Made by a program: the position numbers and the translations under genes
NCBI RefSeq assembly: GCF_000146505.1
Contig: NC_017448.1
Location: 120,001-152,000 of the forward strand
Source of the DNA: Fibrobacter succinogenes subsp. succinogenes S85
GTDB lineage: Bacteria; Fibrobacterota; Fibrobacteria; Fibrobacterales; Fibrobacteraceae
Reading direction: 5' to 3'
Length of the DNA stretch: 32,000 bases
The notes under the pieces: generated by a model
Database searches by the model: none
Told to the model about the DNA's origin: nothing
What the model saw: the letters and a program-made list of their open reading frames with translations, nothing else
Part shown: positions 17,097-24,692 of the stretch, one piece after another
Layout of the letters: every line of letters begins with the position of its first letter
Position numbering within the stretch: the stretch's first letter is position 1

Positions 17097-18176
17097 GTGA
17101 CTGTTTTGAAAAAAATCTTGTTGGTTGTGTTGGCTGTTTTGACGTCTAGTTCTTTCGCGCAGATGAAATTGGATGTCTATAAGAAAATTAATGGTGATAT
17201 AGACGAAAAGCGCCCGCTTGGATATTTGATGTCTTCGGATGCCATTAAGGAACTCCCGATTCCGAAAGATCGAATTGAACACGAAAGTTTTGTGGATGTT
17301 CAGGAAAAGGTTCGTGGTAAAAACGGAAAATACCAAACCGTCACTAAAAAACAAAGAGTGGTGACTTACGAAGAAGTTGAGCCGAAAGCTCCACCGCGTT
17401 ATGTGCCGGTGAATTGCAAGTTTGGCGATGTGTGGGTCAAGCGTTCTGAGCTGGACCGCTTTATGCAGGAATACGCAGACTTGAGTGGGGAATACGTTTC
17501 TGAAACGGGACGCGTGGTTCTCAAGAGCTCGCCGAGCAATGCCAGCCGTTTTAACATTATCGTGCAGAATGGCAAGGACGATAACGTGGCTGAAATTGAA
17601 ATGGGTAATCTTGAAAAGAAGAATATCAATGGTCATGCCCGCTTTGTCTATAAAGAAGAAGGCTGTGCCGTTGGCGTGGATGTGTTTAATCGTGTTGTCC
17701 GTGTGGCCCAGCGCGGTTGTGAAGATTACAATGCAGGCGAATACACGCTTGCAGGAAATTACCCGACATTCAAGGGCAATAACCGTATCGTAGAAACGTT
17801 TAATTTGGATTCTTATAGCTTCTCTTATCCAAAATATCTCTGGTGTGCTAGTGGTTATGATACATGCGAGCCGCTGAAAGATGAACACGGAATCGTGAAC
17901 ATTACTTGGAGTAAGGATGGGCATGGGACGATTGAACGCAAGGCGGGTAATACGGTGCATACGTACCGCGCGATGGAACGCGTGATTCCGCACAAACGAG
18001 ATTTTTACAATGGCGAAAAACCGATTGCGATTAAAACCAAGCGTACCGACATGAGTGGCGAATGGATGAACTGGTATTTCTATCCGCGTGCAGGCCGCTT
18101 TAAGATGATGCGTTCCGGGCAGCGCCACGATGCCGCTTACATGGAAATCTACGAACCGGTCAAAGAAGATGATTAA
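17097..18176 (+). CDS. Exported hypothetical protein (359 aa)
   Basis: Signal peptide KKILLVVLAVLTSSSFA-Q. The track start is GTG 17097. TTG 17106 is better spaced from AGAGG (17092-17096). Composition is balanced and contains paired Cys. No family recognised. The stop codon overlaps the next gene's start. Confidence 0.65.
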   Translation: MTVLKKILLVVLAVLTSSSFAQMKLDVYKKINGDIDEKRPLGYLMSSDAIKELPIPKDRIEHESFVDVQEKVRGKNGKYQTVTKKQRVVTYEEVEPKAPPRYVPVNCKFGDVWVKRSELDRFMQEYADLSGEYVSETGRVVLKSSPSNASRFNIIVQNGKDDNVAEIEMGNLEKKNINGHARFVYKEEGCAVGVDVFNRVVRVAQRGCEDYNAGEYTLAGNYPTFKGNNRIVETFNLDSYSFSYPKYLWCASGYDTCEPLKDEHGIVNITWSKDGHGTIERKAGNTVHTYRAMERVIPHKRDFYNGEKPIAIKTKRTDMSGEWMNWYFYPRAGRFKMMRSGQRHDAAYMEIYEPVKEDD

Positions 18177-18618
18177 GTCGATTGAACAGAGTCGTATTTT
18201 ATTTTTGGATTCGGGACCGCTTGTTAGGCTTTTGCAGATGCATCCGGATTATTACCCGATTGTGTCGGGTGTGCTTGATGGCGTGTACGAGAATAATGTA
18301 CAGGTCTTGGTTTCGTCCGTGACTTTGTTTGAAATTTGCAAGAAGGCGTATGGCGCAAACGACGGTGTGCTGGCAAGGCAGTACCGCGAATTCTTCGAGA
18401 AGTCTGCAAACGTGCGCCTTTGCGAAGTTAATGCCGATGTGTCGCTGAAGGCGGCAGAACTTTTTGCTGCCGCAGCCCGTACAAACCACAAGCTGACCGA
18501 AGCGGAATCGCTGCGCTTGGCGACTGCGTTTGTGAACGGTGCCGACTGCATCCTCTCGGAATGTGCAAATTTCCGTGACGCAACTGATGCGCTTGTTGTG
18601 ACATTGGACGAACTTTAG
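18169..18618 (+). CDS. PIN-domain-like protein (VapC-like nuclease fold, partly non-canonical acidic residues)
   Basis: Start placed at ATG 18169 (MIKSIEQSRILFLDSGPLV...), inside the sequence GATGATTAA of the upstream stop. The PIN-like pattern is LD(S) near the N-terminus, TLFEI, AESLRLATA and ILSE..NF. The 3rd and 4th acidic positions appear to be Glu rather than Asp. Confidence 0.55.
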   Translation: MIKSIEQSRILFLDSGPLVRLLQMHPDYYPIVSGVLDGVYENNVQVLVSSVTLFEICKKAYGANDGVLARQYREFFEKSANVRLCEVNADVSLKAAELFAAAARTNHKLTEAESLRLATAFVNGADCILSECANFRDATDALVVTLDEL

Positions 18619-18693
18619 GCTACGGGGTGTGGGCTCGCACCTTTAGTGCATTGAGCACGCTTCGCTTTGAGGTTAGAGCGTTTTACAAGCATA

Positions 18694-18728
18694 TCTAAGT
18701 TCTAAGCTCTAAGTTCTAAGTTCTAAAA
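18694..18728. repeat. 5 x 7-bp tandem repeat TCTAAGT (variants TCTAAGC, TCTAAAA)
   Basis: Direct reading: tctaagt tctaagc tctaagt tctaagt tctaaaa. It lies about 40 nt upstream of the gatB start. Confidence 0.85.
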
Positions 18729-18765
18729 TACTATCTTTTCCGCGTAAAATTTATTGGAGTTTAAC

Positions 18766-20223
18766 ATGTCTAATTACTGTCCTGTTATTGGTCTCGAAAT
18801 CCATTGCCAACTCGCCACTAAGACAAAGATGTTCTGTGGCTGCGAAATTGAAGTGAACACAAGCCCGAACAAGCACGTTTGCCCTGTTTGCCTCGGTATG
18901 CCGGGTGCAATGCCGGTGCCGAACAAGAAGGCTGTGGAATACGCCATTCGCCTGGGCCTCGCTCTCAACTGCGAAATCGATTTGAACGCCATGTGGACTC
19001 GTAAGAACTACTTCTACCCGGACCTTCCGAAGGGTTACCAGATTACGCAGACGGGTGGACTTCCGGTTTATGACCATCCGATTTGCAAGAACGGCTGGCT
19101 TGAAATTGTAAAGGCTGACGGCACCAAGAAGCGCGTGGGCATTACCCGTATTCACATGGAAGAAGACGCCGGTAAGCTTATCCACGACATGAGCCCGTCC
19201 CAGAGCCATTTTGACGCAAATCGCTGCGGTACGCCGCTTTGCGAAATCGTGACTGAACCGGACATCCGTAGCCCGGAAGAAGCCGTGCTCGTCTTGAAGA
19301 AGATCAAGCAGACGCTCGAATACACTCGCGTTTCTAACGCCAACATGGAAAACGGCAACATGCGCTGCGACGGTAACATTTCTCTCCGCGCATCTGAAGA
19401 CGCTCCGTTCGGTATCCGCGCTGAAATCAAGAACTTGAACAGCTTCACGAACCTCGAAAAGGCTCTCTACTGCGAAATGAACCTCCAGGCATCGACGCTC
19501 GATGCTGGCAAGGAAGTCGAACAATGCACCAAGCGTTATGATCCCAACGCCGACAAGACGATTGTGATCCGCTCTAAGGAAGACGCACACGACTACAAGT
19601 ACTTCCCGGAACCGGATATGGTCCGCCTCGTGACTGACCCGGCCTTCGTCGAAGAAATCCGCCGCACCCTTCCGGAACTGCCGGATGCACGCCGCGAACG
19701 CTTCATGAAGGACTTCGGTGTTTCTGAATACGATGCCCAGGTGCTGACCGAAGACCGCGACGTGAGCGAATGGTACGACACCGCCGCCAAGAACTGCAAG
19801 AACGGTAAGGTGCTTGCTAACTGGGTCATCACGGAACTCCTCGCTAAGATGAAGGACCTTGAAGGTGGCCTCTCTGCTCTCAAGATCAAGCCGGAACAGC
19901 TTTGCGCTCTCGTGAACCTCATTGCAGACAACACCATCAATGGTAAGATTGCAAAGACCGTGTTCGCCGAAATGTTTGAAACGGGCAAGGATCCTGAAGT
20001 TATCGTGAAGGAAAAGGGTCTCGTGCAGGTGACTGACACCGCCGCTATCGAAGCTGTTGTTCGCGAAGTCTGCGCCGCTAACGCTGCACAGTTCGCAGAA
20101 TTCAAGGCCGGTAAGGTTGCACTCAAGGGCTTCCTCGTGGGTATGACGATGCGTAAGTCCGGTGGCAAGGCCAACCCGGGTCTCGTGAACCAGATTCTCG
20201 ACAAGCTCGCTAAGGAAGGGTAA
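18766..20223 (+). CDS. gatB: Asp-tRNA(Asn)/Glu-tRNA(Gln) amidotransferase subunit B
   Basis: Motifs are PVIGLEIHCQL...K.FCGC, then C.VCLG.PG..P, and a C-terminal GatB/YqeY domain. Start moved from TTG 18754 to ATG 18766, which has GGAG 6 nt upstream. Confidence 0.93.
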   Translation: MSNYCPVIGLEIHCQLATKTKMFCGCEIEVNTSPNKHVCPVCLGMPGAMPVPNKKAVEYAIRLGLALNCEIDLNAMWTRKNYFYPDLPKGYQITQTGGLPVYDHPICKNGWLEIVKADGTKKRVGITRIHMEEDAGKLIHDMSPSQSHFDANRCGTPLCEIVTEPDIRSPEEAVLVLKKIKQTLEYTRVSNANMENGNMRCDGNISLRASEDAPFGIRAEIKNLNSFTNLEKALYCEMNLQASTLDAGKEVEQCTKRYDPNADKTIVIRSKEDAHDYKYFPEPDMVRLVTDPAFVEEIRRTLPELPDARRERFMKDFGVSEYDAQVLTEDRDVSEWYDTAAKNCKNGKVLANWVITELLAKMKDLEGGLSALKIKPEQLCALVNLIADNTINGKIAKTVFAEMFETGKDPEVIVKEKGLVQVTDTAAIEAVVREVCAANAAQFAEFKAGKVALKGFLVGMTMRKSGGKANPGLVNQILDKLAKEG

Positions 20224-20226
20224 ATT

Positions 20227-20283
20227 AGACGAGAGAACGGGCTATGCCCTACAGACGAGAGACTAGAGAGAAAGAAAGAGATA
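20227..20283 (+). repeat. Direct 10-bp repeat AGACGAGAGA (20227-20236, 20253-20262) flanking a GGGCTATGCCC hairpin, continuing into a GA-rich polypurine tract
   Basis: Direct reading of the sequence immediately after the gatB stop codon. Confidence 0.7.
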
Positions 20284-20303
20284 CAAGGTCGCTGAACCGG
20301 TTG

Positions 20304-20636
20304 GTGAGCCTGTCGAACCAGTCGAAGCGCCTTGTTTTTGCATTTCTTGTTTCTCTCTTTCTTGCTTTTCCGACCTCTGCTTTTGCAAAGATGGACCGCT
20401 CGGACAGTTCCTATGTTAGCACGTTGAACATGACGGAAGAACAAAAGGAAAAGGTCTATGGCGTAGATTCCTCAACTCTCGCCAAAGGCCCAACGCTCCA
20501 GGAACTCAACGAAGAAAATCCGACTTACGTCAAGCGCGAATACGACCACAAACAGCAGGTGGTTGTCGGCAGCGTGGTGATGTTCTGCGTTGCCCTCGCG
20601 ATGGTCTTGATGAATAATTACAACCCGAAGAGATAA
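20304..20636 (+). CDS. Small hypothetical protein with signal peptide and C-terminal transmembrane helix
   Basis: The track ORF starts at ATG 20244, but that region is the GA-rich repeat. GTG 20304 (or TTG 20301) gives a classical signal peptide, SLSNQSKRLVFAFLVSLFLAFPTSAFA. The C-terminal helix is VVVGSVVMFCVALAMVLM. The start is uncertain. Confidence 0.5.
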   Translation: MSLSNQSKRLVFAFLVSLFLAFPTSAFAKMDRSDSSYVSTLNMTEEQKEKVYGVDSSTLAKGPTLQELNEENPTYVKREYDHKQQVVVGSVVMFCVALAMVLMNNYNPKR

Positions 20637-20679
20637 GTTTAAACCTACAACAAAGTGCCGCTGGCACGCCGAAATCAAT

Positions 20680-21414
20680 ATGAATTACACAGAAGAAGCA
20701 AAACAGAATTTCAACGACCTCTCCAAGAACCCGTATCCGGGCCGTGGTATCGTGCTTGGCACAAGCGCCGATGGCAAGTCCTACGTGCAGGTTTACTGGA
20801 TCATGGGTCGCAGCGTGAACAGCCGCAACCGCGTGTTTGAAATCGAAGCCGACACTGGTTTTATGAAGACCAAGGCTTTCGATGAATCCAAGCTCACGGA
20901 CCCGCACCTCATCATTTACTATCCGGCTCGCCACACGAAGGACGTTCAGATCATCACGAACGGTGACCAGACGGACACGATTTACAACGCCATCAAGCTC
21001 GGTGGCACGTTCGAAAGCGCTCTTCGCACTCGCCAGTACGAAGACGATGCACCGAACTTCACGCCGCGTATTTCTGGCATCCACTATAAGAATGCTGAAC
21101 CGGCTATCTATAAGCTCTCCATCCTCAAGAGCCGCAACAATAGCGAAGACGCAGGCTGCGAACGTATGACGTTTGAATTTGAAAAGGCTCTCCCGGGTCT
21201 TGGTCACTTCATCAGCACGTACGAAACCGATGGCAAGCCGATCCCGTCTTTCAACGGTTTCCCGAAGCTCATGCCGATTTTCAACTCTGCTGAAGAAACG
21301 CTCAAGGCTTACTGGGACGCACTTAACGCTGATAACAAGGTTTCCTTGATGGTCAAGTGGATTGACCGCGAAACCTTCGAAGCTAAGACCATTATCGTGA
21401 ATAAGAACGTATAG
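20680..21414 (+). CDS. purO: IMP cyclohydrolase, archaeal PurO-like family
   Basis: 244 aa. N-terminal YPGRGIVLG......YVQVYWIMGRSVNSRNR matches my recollection of the PurO/IMP_cyclohyd signature (Y.GR...G....Y...GRS..SRNR). A purH lacking its cyclohydrolase domain nearby is consistent with this call. Confidence 0.7.
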   Translation: MNYTEEAKQNFNDLSKNPYPGRGIVLGTSADGKSYVQVYWIMGRSVNSRNRVFEIEADTGFMKTKAFDESKLTDPHLIIYYPARHTKDVQIITNGDQTDTIYNAIKLGGTFESALRTRQYEDDAPNFTPRISGIHYKNAEPAIYKLSILKSRNNSEDAGCERMTFEFEKALPGLGHFISTYETDGKPIPSFNGFPKLMPIFNSAEETLKAYWDALNADNKVSLMVKWIDRETFEAKTIIVNKNV

Positions 21415-21465
21415 CTATGAGCTCGCTCCCGGTGGTCGCTTTGAGCGCGTTCGCCGGAGGCTCAC

Positions 21466-21491
21466 TTTGAGGTATGAGAGATAACCTCAAA
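21466..21491. other. Hairpin between convergent purO and the GntR-family gene (possible weak bidirectional terminator)
   Basis: 7-bp stem TTTGAGG/CCTCAAA with a 12-nt loop. It abuts the stop codon of the minus-strand gene at 21492. There is no clear U-tract. Confidence 0.3.
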
Positions 21492-22883
21492 CTACTTCTC
21501 AATGACCTGCCCCAGAATCTGGTGCAGGCGTTTTTTATTCCCGAAGCCATCGGGATTTTCGATGTAGTAGAAAATTTGCTTGATAAGTGCGCTTGTGTTA
21601 AAGTCGTACGATGCAATGCGCAACAAGTAGCTTTCGGCGGAGTTATCAAATCCGAGCACGTTCGGGTCGGTCTTATCGCCTGGCAATGTGCAATCGCCGT
21701 CATCGCTCATTTCGTAGAAAATACCTGCGACTTCATCATTTACGCAGACCCAGCAGTTGCAATCCTCAGGAACATTCTTGGCGAACTGCAAAAGCTTTTT
21801 CTTCACGAGATTACGGGCGTACGATTCGACGGAAAATCTCGAGACTCTCTGTCTTGCGATTTCCTTGTAGTCCCACGGGCTTGCAAATTCGTCATCGGTA
21901 AATGCAATGACTTCTAGCCCTGAATTCATGAGGCCTGTCAAGCGGTCTTTAGACCAGGAACTGTTATGGTACGGCGAAAAATAACAGACCTTCTTGATGC
22001 CTTTCTGCAATAGGTATTTGCCGAGCTGCTGACCCGGAATTTCTCCGAATGTGGAGTTGAAAAACGCCCAGTTATTTTTGCTCAAGAATCTCGGTGGAAT
22101 GTTTTGCAGCGGGTGTTCCCACCACACGGAGACGGGGTACTTCACGCCGTAAAAGAGCTGCAAAAGTGCATGCGGGTTCTGCACCAAGAGTGTCGATAGC
22201 ACTGCACCGATAGCATTCGGATAATCTGTCAGACGGCAGACTTTTCCACTGCGGTCAATGAGCTTGCCGCTTTCTTCGTTGATGCCGAGCAGAATGAGCT
22301 TGAAATGTTGTTCACCGGCGGTCTGGTAAACGAGGCGCAAAAAATCGAGTTCACGTTCGCTTTCGGCGGTAAAGCCGCCCCACGAATTGCATCGCGTGAC
22401 GAACAAAATCTCGCTGAAATTCTTGACCGTCTTTGTCTTGAGCGGGGAGGCGAATGCGTACAAGCGCCCGCGTCGCACGAGAATGCCCTGATTCACTTTA
22501 TGAATCAGGAACTTGCGGAGAATCGTCTGCGACACATTGTAGCGGTCGGAGAGTTCCTTTGCAAGCGGCAAATTCCTATTCGGGTCGAGGAATCCCTTTT
22601 CCCAGTCCGTTGAAAATTCGCGTTCAAGGCGTTCGAGCACGGTTTCGCGATGGACTGTTTTCGAAAGCATTTGCGCAAGATCATTGGCGTCCGGAGCCTT
22701 GCCCCAGAAAAATCCCTTGCCGCGGATGCTGTAAATGAGCCCTTCTTCAGAGAGTTGCTTGAGCACGCCCTGGATAGTTCCCGACGAGACTCCAAACGTT
22801 TTCATCAGCTTGCGTACAGACGGGAGCATTTCCCCGTCTTTCAGCTCTTGCTGCAAAATCGCTTGTTTGATCTCGTCACGCAT
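21492..22883 (-). CDS. Transcriptional regulator with two tandem GntR-type winged-helix domains and a C-terminal periplasmic-binding-protein-like (LacI/PBP1-type) sensor domain
   Basis: 463 aa. wHTH 1 is LPSVRKLMKTFGVSSGTIQGVLKQLSEEGLIYSIRGKGFFWG. wHTH 2 is LPLAKELSDRYNVSQTILRKFLIHKVNQGILVRRGRLYAF. The remaining ~300 aa have an alternating beta-alpha pattern. Its start is 3 nt after the trmFO stop. Confidence 0.7.
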   Translation of the reverse strand: MRDEIKQAILQQELKDGEMLPSVRKLMKTFGVSSGTIQGVLKQLSEEGLIYSIRGKGFFWGKAPDANDLAQMLSKTVHRETVLERLEREFSTDWEKGFLDPNRNLPLAKELSDRYNVSQTILRKFLIHKVNQGILVRRGRLYAFASPLKTKTVKNFSEILFVTRCNSWGGFTAESERELDFLRLVYQTAGEQHFKLILLGINEESGKLIDRSGKVCRLTDYPNAIGAVLSTLLVQNPHALLQLFYGVKYPVSVWWEHPLQNIPPRFLSKNNWAFFNSTFGEIPGQQLGKYLLQKGIKKVCYFSPYHNSSWSKDRLTGLMNSGLEVIAFTDDEFASPWDYKEIARQRVSRFSVESYARNLVKKKLLQFAKNVPEDCNCWVCVNDEVAGIFYEMSDDGDCTLPGDKTDPNVLGFDNSAESYLLRIASYDFNTSALIKQIFYYIENPDGFGNKKRLHQILGQVIEK

Positions 22884-22886
22884 ATT

Positions 22887-24218
22887 TTATGCCATGTTAC
22901 GGGCTGCAATCCATTCACGAACGGCGCGTTCGGCACGTTCGGCAAGAATCTCTTTCTTGTTCTTTTTCTTGAGTCCCTCGTGATGGGGGAGGAGGCCGAA
23001 GTTGAAATTCATCGGCTGGAAATCCTCGTTCTCTTCGACAAGGCGGTTCATCAAGGATCCGATGCAGCTTTCATCTGGGAGCGGGTCGGCGTGTCCGTGC
23101 AAAATCGTCTGCGCCATATTCCAAGCGGCGTACCAACCAGTTGCCACAGCTTCGGTATAACCTTCAGAACCCGTAATCTGGCCTGCAAACCACGTAGGCG
23201 GAATATCCTTGGCGCAATCGAGTTCCGGACGCAAGCGGAGCGTCTTATCAAGGAACTTCGGCGATTCGATAAACGTGTTGCGGTGCATGCAGCCGAGGCG
23301 TGCAAATTTCGCATTGCGGAGCGCCGGCACCATGGTGAAGATTTCCTTTTGCGTGCCCCACTTGAGGCGCGTCTGGAAACCGACCATATTGAACAAAGTC
23401 TTCTGCTTGTTCTCGGCACGGAGCTGGATTACGGCATACCATAGATGTCCGTTGTTTCCAAGCCCAAGCCCGATGGGGCGCATGGGCCCGTGGCGGAGAG
23501 TTTCGTAGCCACGACGCGCCATTTCTTCGACCGGCAGGCAACCTTCAAAAAGTTCGCGCTTTTCGAACGGGCGAGGCTCGGTTGCTTCTGCTTCGCAGAG
23601 CTTGTTCACAAATTCTGTATAAGTTTCTTTGTCGAGCGGGCAGTTGATAAAGTCTGCCGTTTCGCCCTTTTCCCAGCGGTTCATGTAGAACGCATGGTCA
23701 AAGTCGATGCTGTCTGTCTCGACGACAGGTGCAATCGCATCAAAGAAGTGCAGACGATTACTGCCAAGACGCTTGAAAATATCGTCGGCGAGAGCATCAC
23801 TTGCCAAAGGACCTGCGGCAACAAGTGTCGGGCAATCGCCTTCAAGGCTTGTCACTTCTTCGCGGTGCAGCGTGATGTTCGGAAATTCTGCAATCTTCTT
23901 TTCGACAAGTTCACTAAAAATGTCGCGGTTCACCGTCAGGGAATCGCCTGCTGGCACTGCCGCTTCGCGCGCACAATCCAGGAGGTAACTTCCGAGCAGA
24001 GTGAGTTCCGCTTTTAAAAGGCCGTGGGCACTGGTAATGCCTAAAGCCTTGAAACTGTTAGAACAGACGAGTTGGGCGAGGTGTCCGTCCCTGTGGGCGG
24101 GCGTCTGCCTGTTGGGGCGCATTTCGTACAAATCTACCTGAAAACCACGGCTTGCCAATTGTAAAGCCGCTTCGCAGCCTGCAAGACCGCCACCAATAAC
24201 ACGTACTCGTTCGTTCAT
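22887..24218 (-). CDS. trmFO: Methylenetetrahydrofolate--tRNA-(uracil54-C5)-methyltransferase (FADH2-oxidizing)
   Basis: 443 aa. Motifs are VIGGGLAGCEAALQLA.RG..V.LYEMRP...TPAH......QLVCSNS and GQITG.EGY.E, typical of TrmFO/Gid. Confidence 0.92.
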   Translation of the reverse strand: MNERVRVIGGGLAGCEAALQLASRGFQVDLYEMRPNRQTPAHRDGHLAQLVCSNSFKALGITSAHGLLKAELTLLGSYLLDCAREAAVPAGDSLTVNRDIFSELVEKKIAEFPNITLHREEVTSLEGDCPTLVAAGPLASDALADDIFKRLGSNRLHFFDAIAPVVETDSIDFDHAFYMNRWEKGETADFINCPLDKETYTEFVNKLCEAEATEPRPFEKRELFEGCLPVEEMARRGYETLRHGPMRPIGLGLGNNGHLWYAVIQLRAENKQKTLFNMVGFQTRLKWGTQKEIFTMVPALRNAKFARLGCMHRNTFIESPKFLDKTLRLRPELDCAKDIPPTWFAGQITGSEGYTEAVATGWYAAWNMAQTILHGHADPLPDESCIGSLMNRLVEENEDFQPMNFNFGLLPHHEGLKKKNKKEILAERAERAVREWIAARNMA

Positions 24219-24219
24219 T

Positions 24220-24675
24220 TTAATTCACAACAATTTTTCTATAGCTCTTGGCGTTACCGATCCAGAGCTTGACCAACAATTCTTCGAGGGATGCCGTACT
24301 TACGCATTCCGGGTCCGCATCCTGAATTTCGTCCGAAATAAGATTCGCCTGAGTCAAGTTCAGCATGCCGTAGTACAAAGCCTCAAGCAATTGAGACAAG
24401 AACTCGGGCGAAACCTTAGCGACAGACTCCATGTCATTCAACGGCGGGAGCTGCGTCTTATCCGGCTGGAACTGATCCAGGTTATCCATAGTCCACATGT
24501 CGGTTGCCTTGCTCATTTCGGGCGAGGGTGCAATACCGCTCAACTTGGAACGGTAATCACTCCATTCCTTGGCGGTCGTTTTGCCGGCCTTGCGGACAGA
24601 TTTCAAGAAGGAGAGGACTGCGTAATACAGGTCCTTCTCCCTTTGGTTTGATTCTTTTTGAGATACTGGAATCAT
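24220..24675 (-). CDS. Hypothetical protein (151 aa) embedded in the purH-trmFO operon
   Basis: The ORF is packed with a 17-nt gap to the upstream purH and a 1-nt gap to the downstream trmFO. Acidic, soluble-looking composition. No family recognised. Confidence 0.6.
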   Translation of the reverse strand: MIPVSQKESNQREKDLYYAVLSFLKSVRKAGKTTAKEWSDYRSKLSGIAPSPEMSKATDMWTMDNLDQFQPDKTQLPPLNDMESVAKVSPEFLSQLLEALYYGMLNLTQANLISDEIQDADPECVSTASLEELLVKLWIGNAKSYRKIVVN

Positions 24676-24692
24676 TCTTACCTTATAATGAA

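Noticed and set aside
17070-18128. 352-aa minus-strand ORF competing with the 359-aa + strand ORF
   Set aside because: It is the codon-aligned antisense frame (18128-17099=1029) with an Arg/His/Phe/Ile-rich junk-like composition. The + strand ORF has a signal peptide, balanced composition and translational coupling to the next gene.
18662-18690. Shared intergenic word TCGCTTTGAG / CTTTGAGGT also seen at 21436-21475, possibly a dispersed REP-like element
   Set aside because: The matches are only 9-10 nt. By my rough estimate, a handful of such matches are expected by chance among about 3 kb of intergenic DNA. It cannot be supported without genome-wide counts.
18694-18728. CRISPR-like or mobile-element repeat
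   Set aside because: The units are 7 bp with no spacers, there are no cas genes or transposases in the window, and there are no terminal inverted repeats. It is a microsatellite-type tandem repeat.
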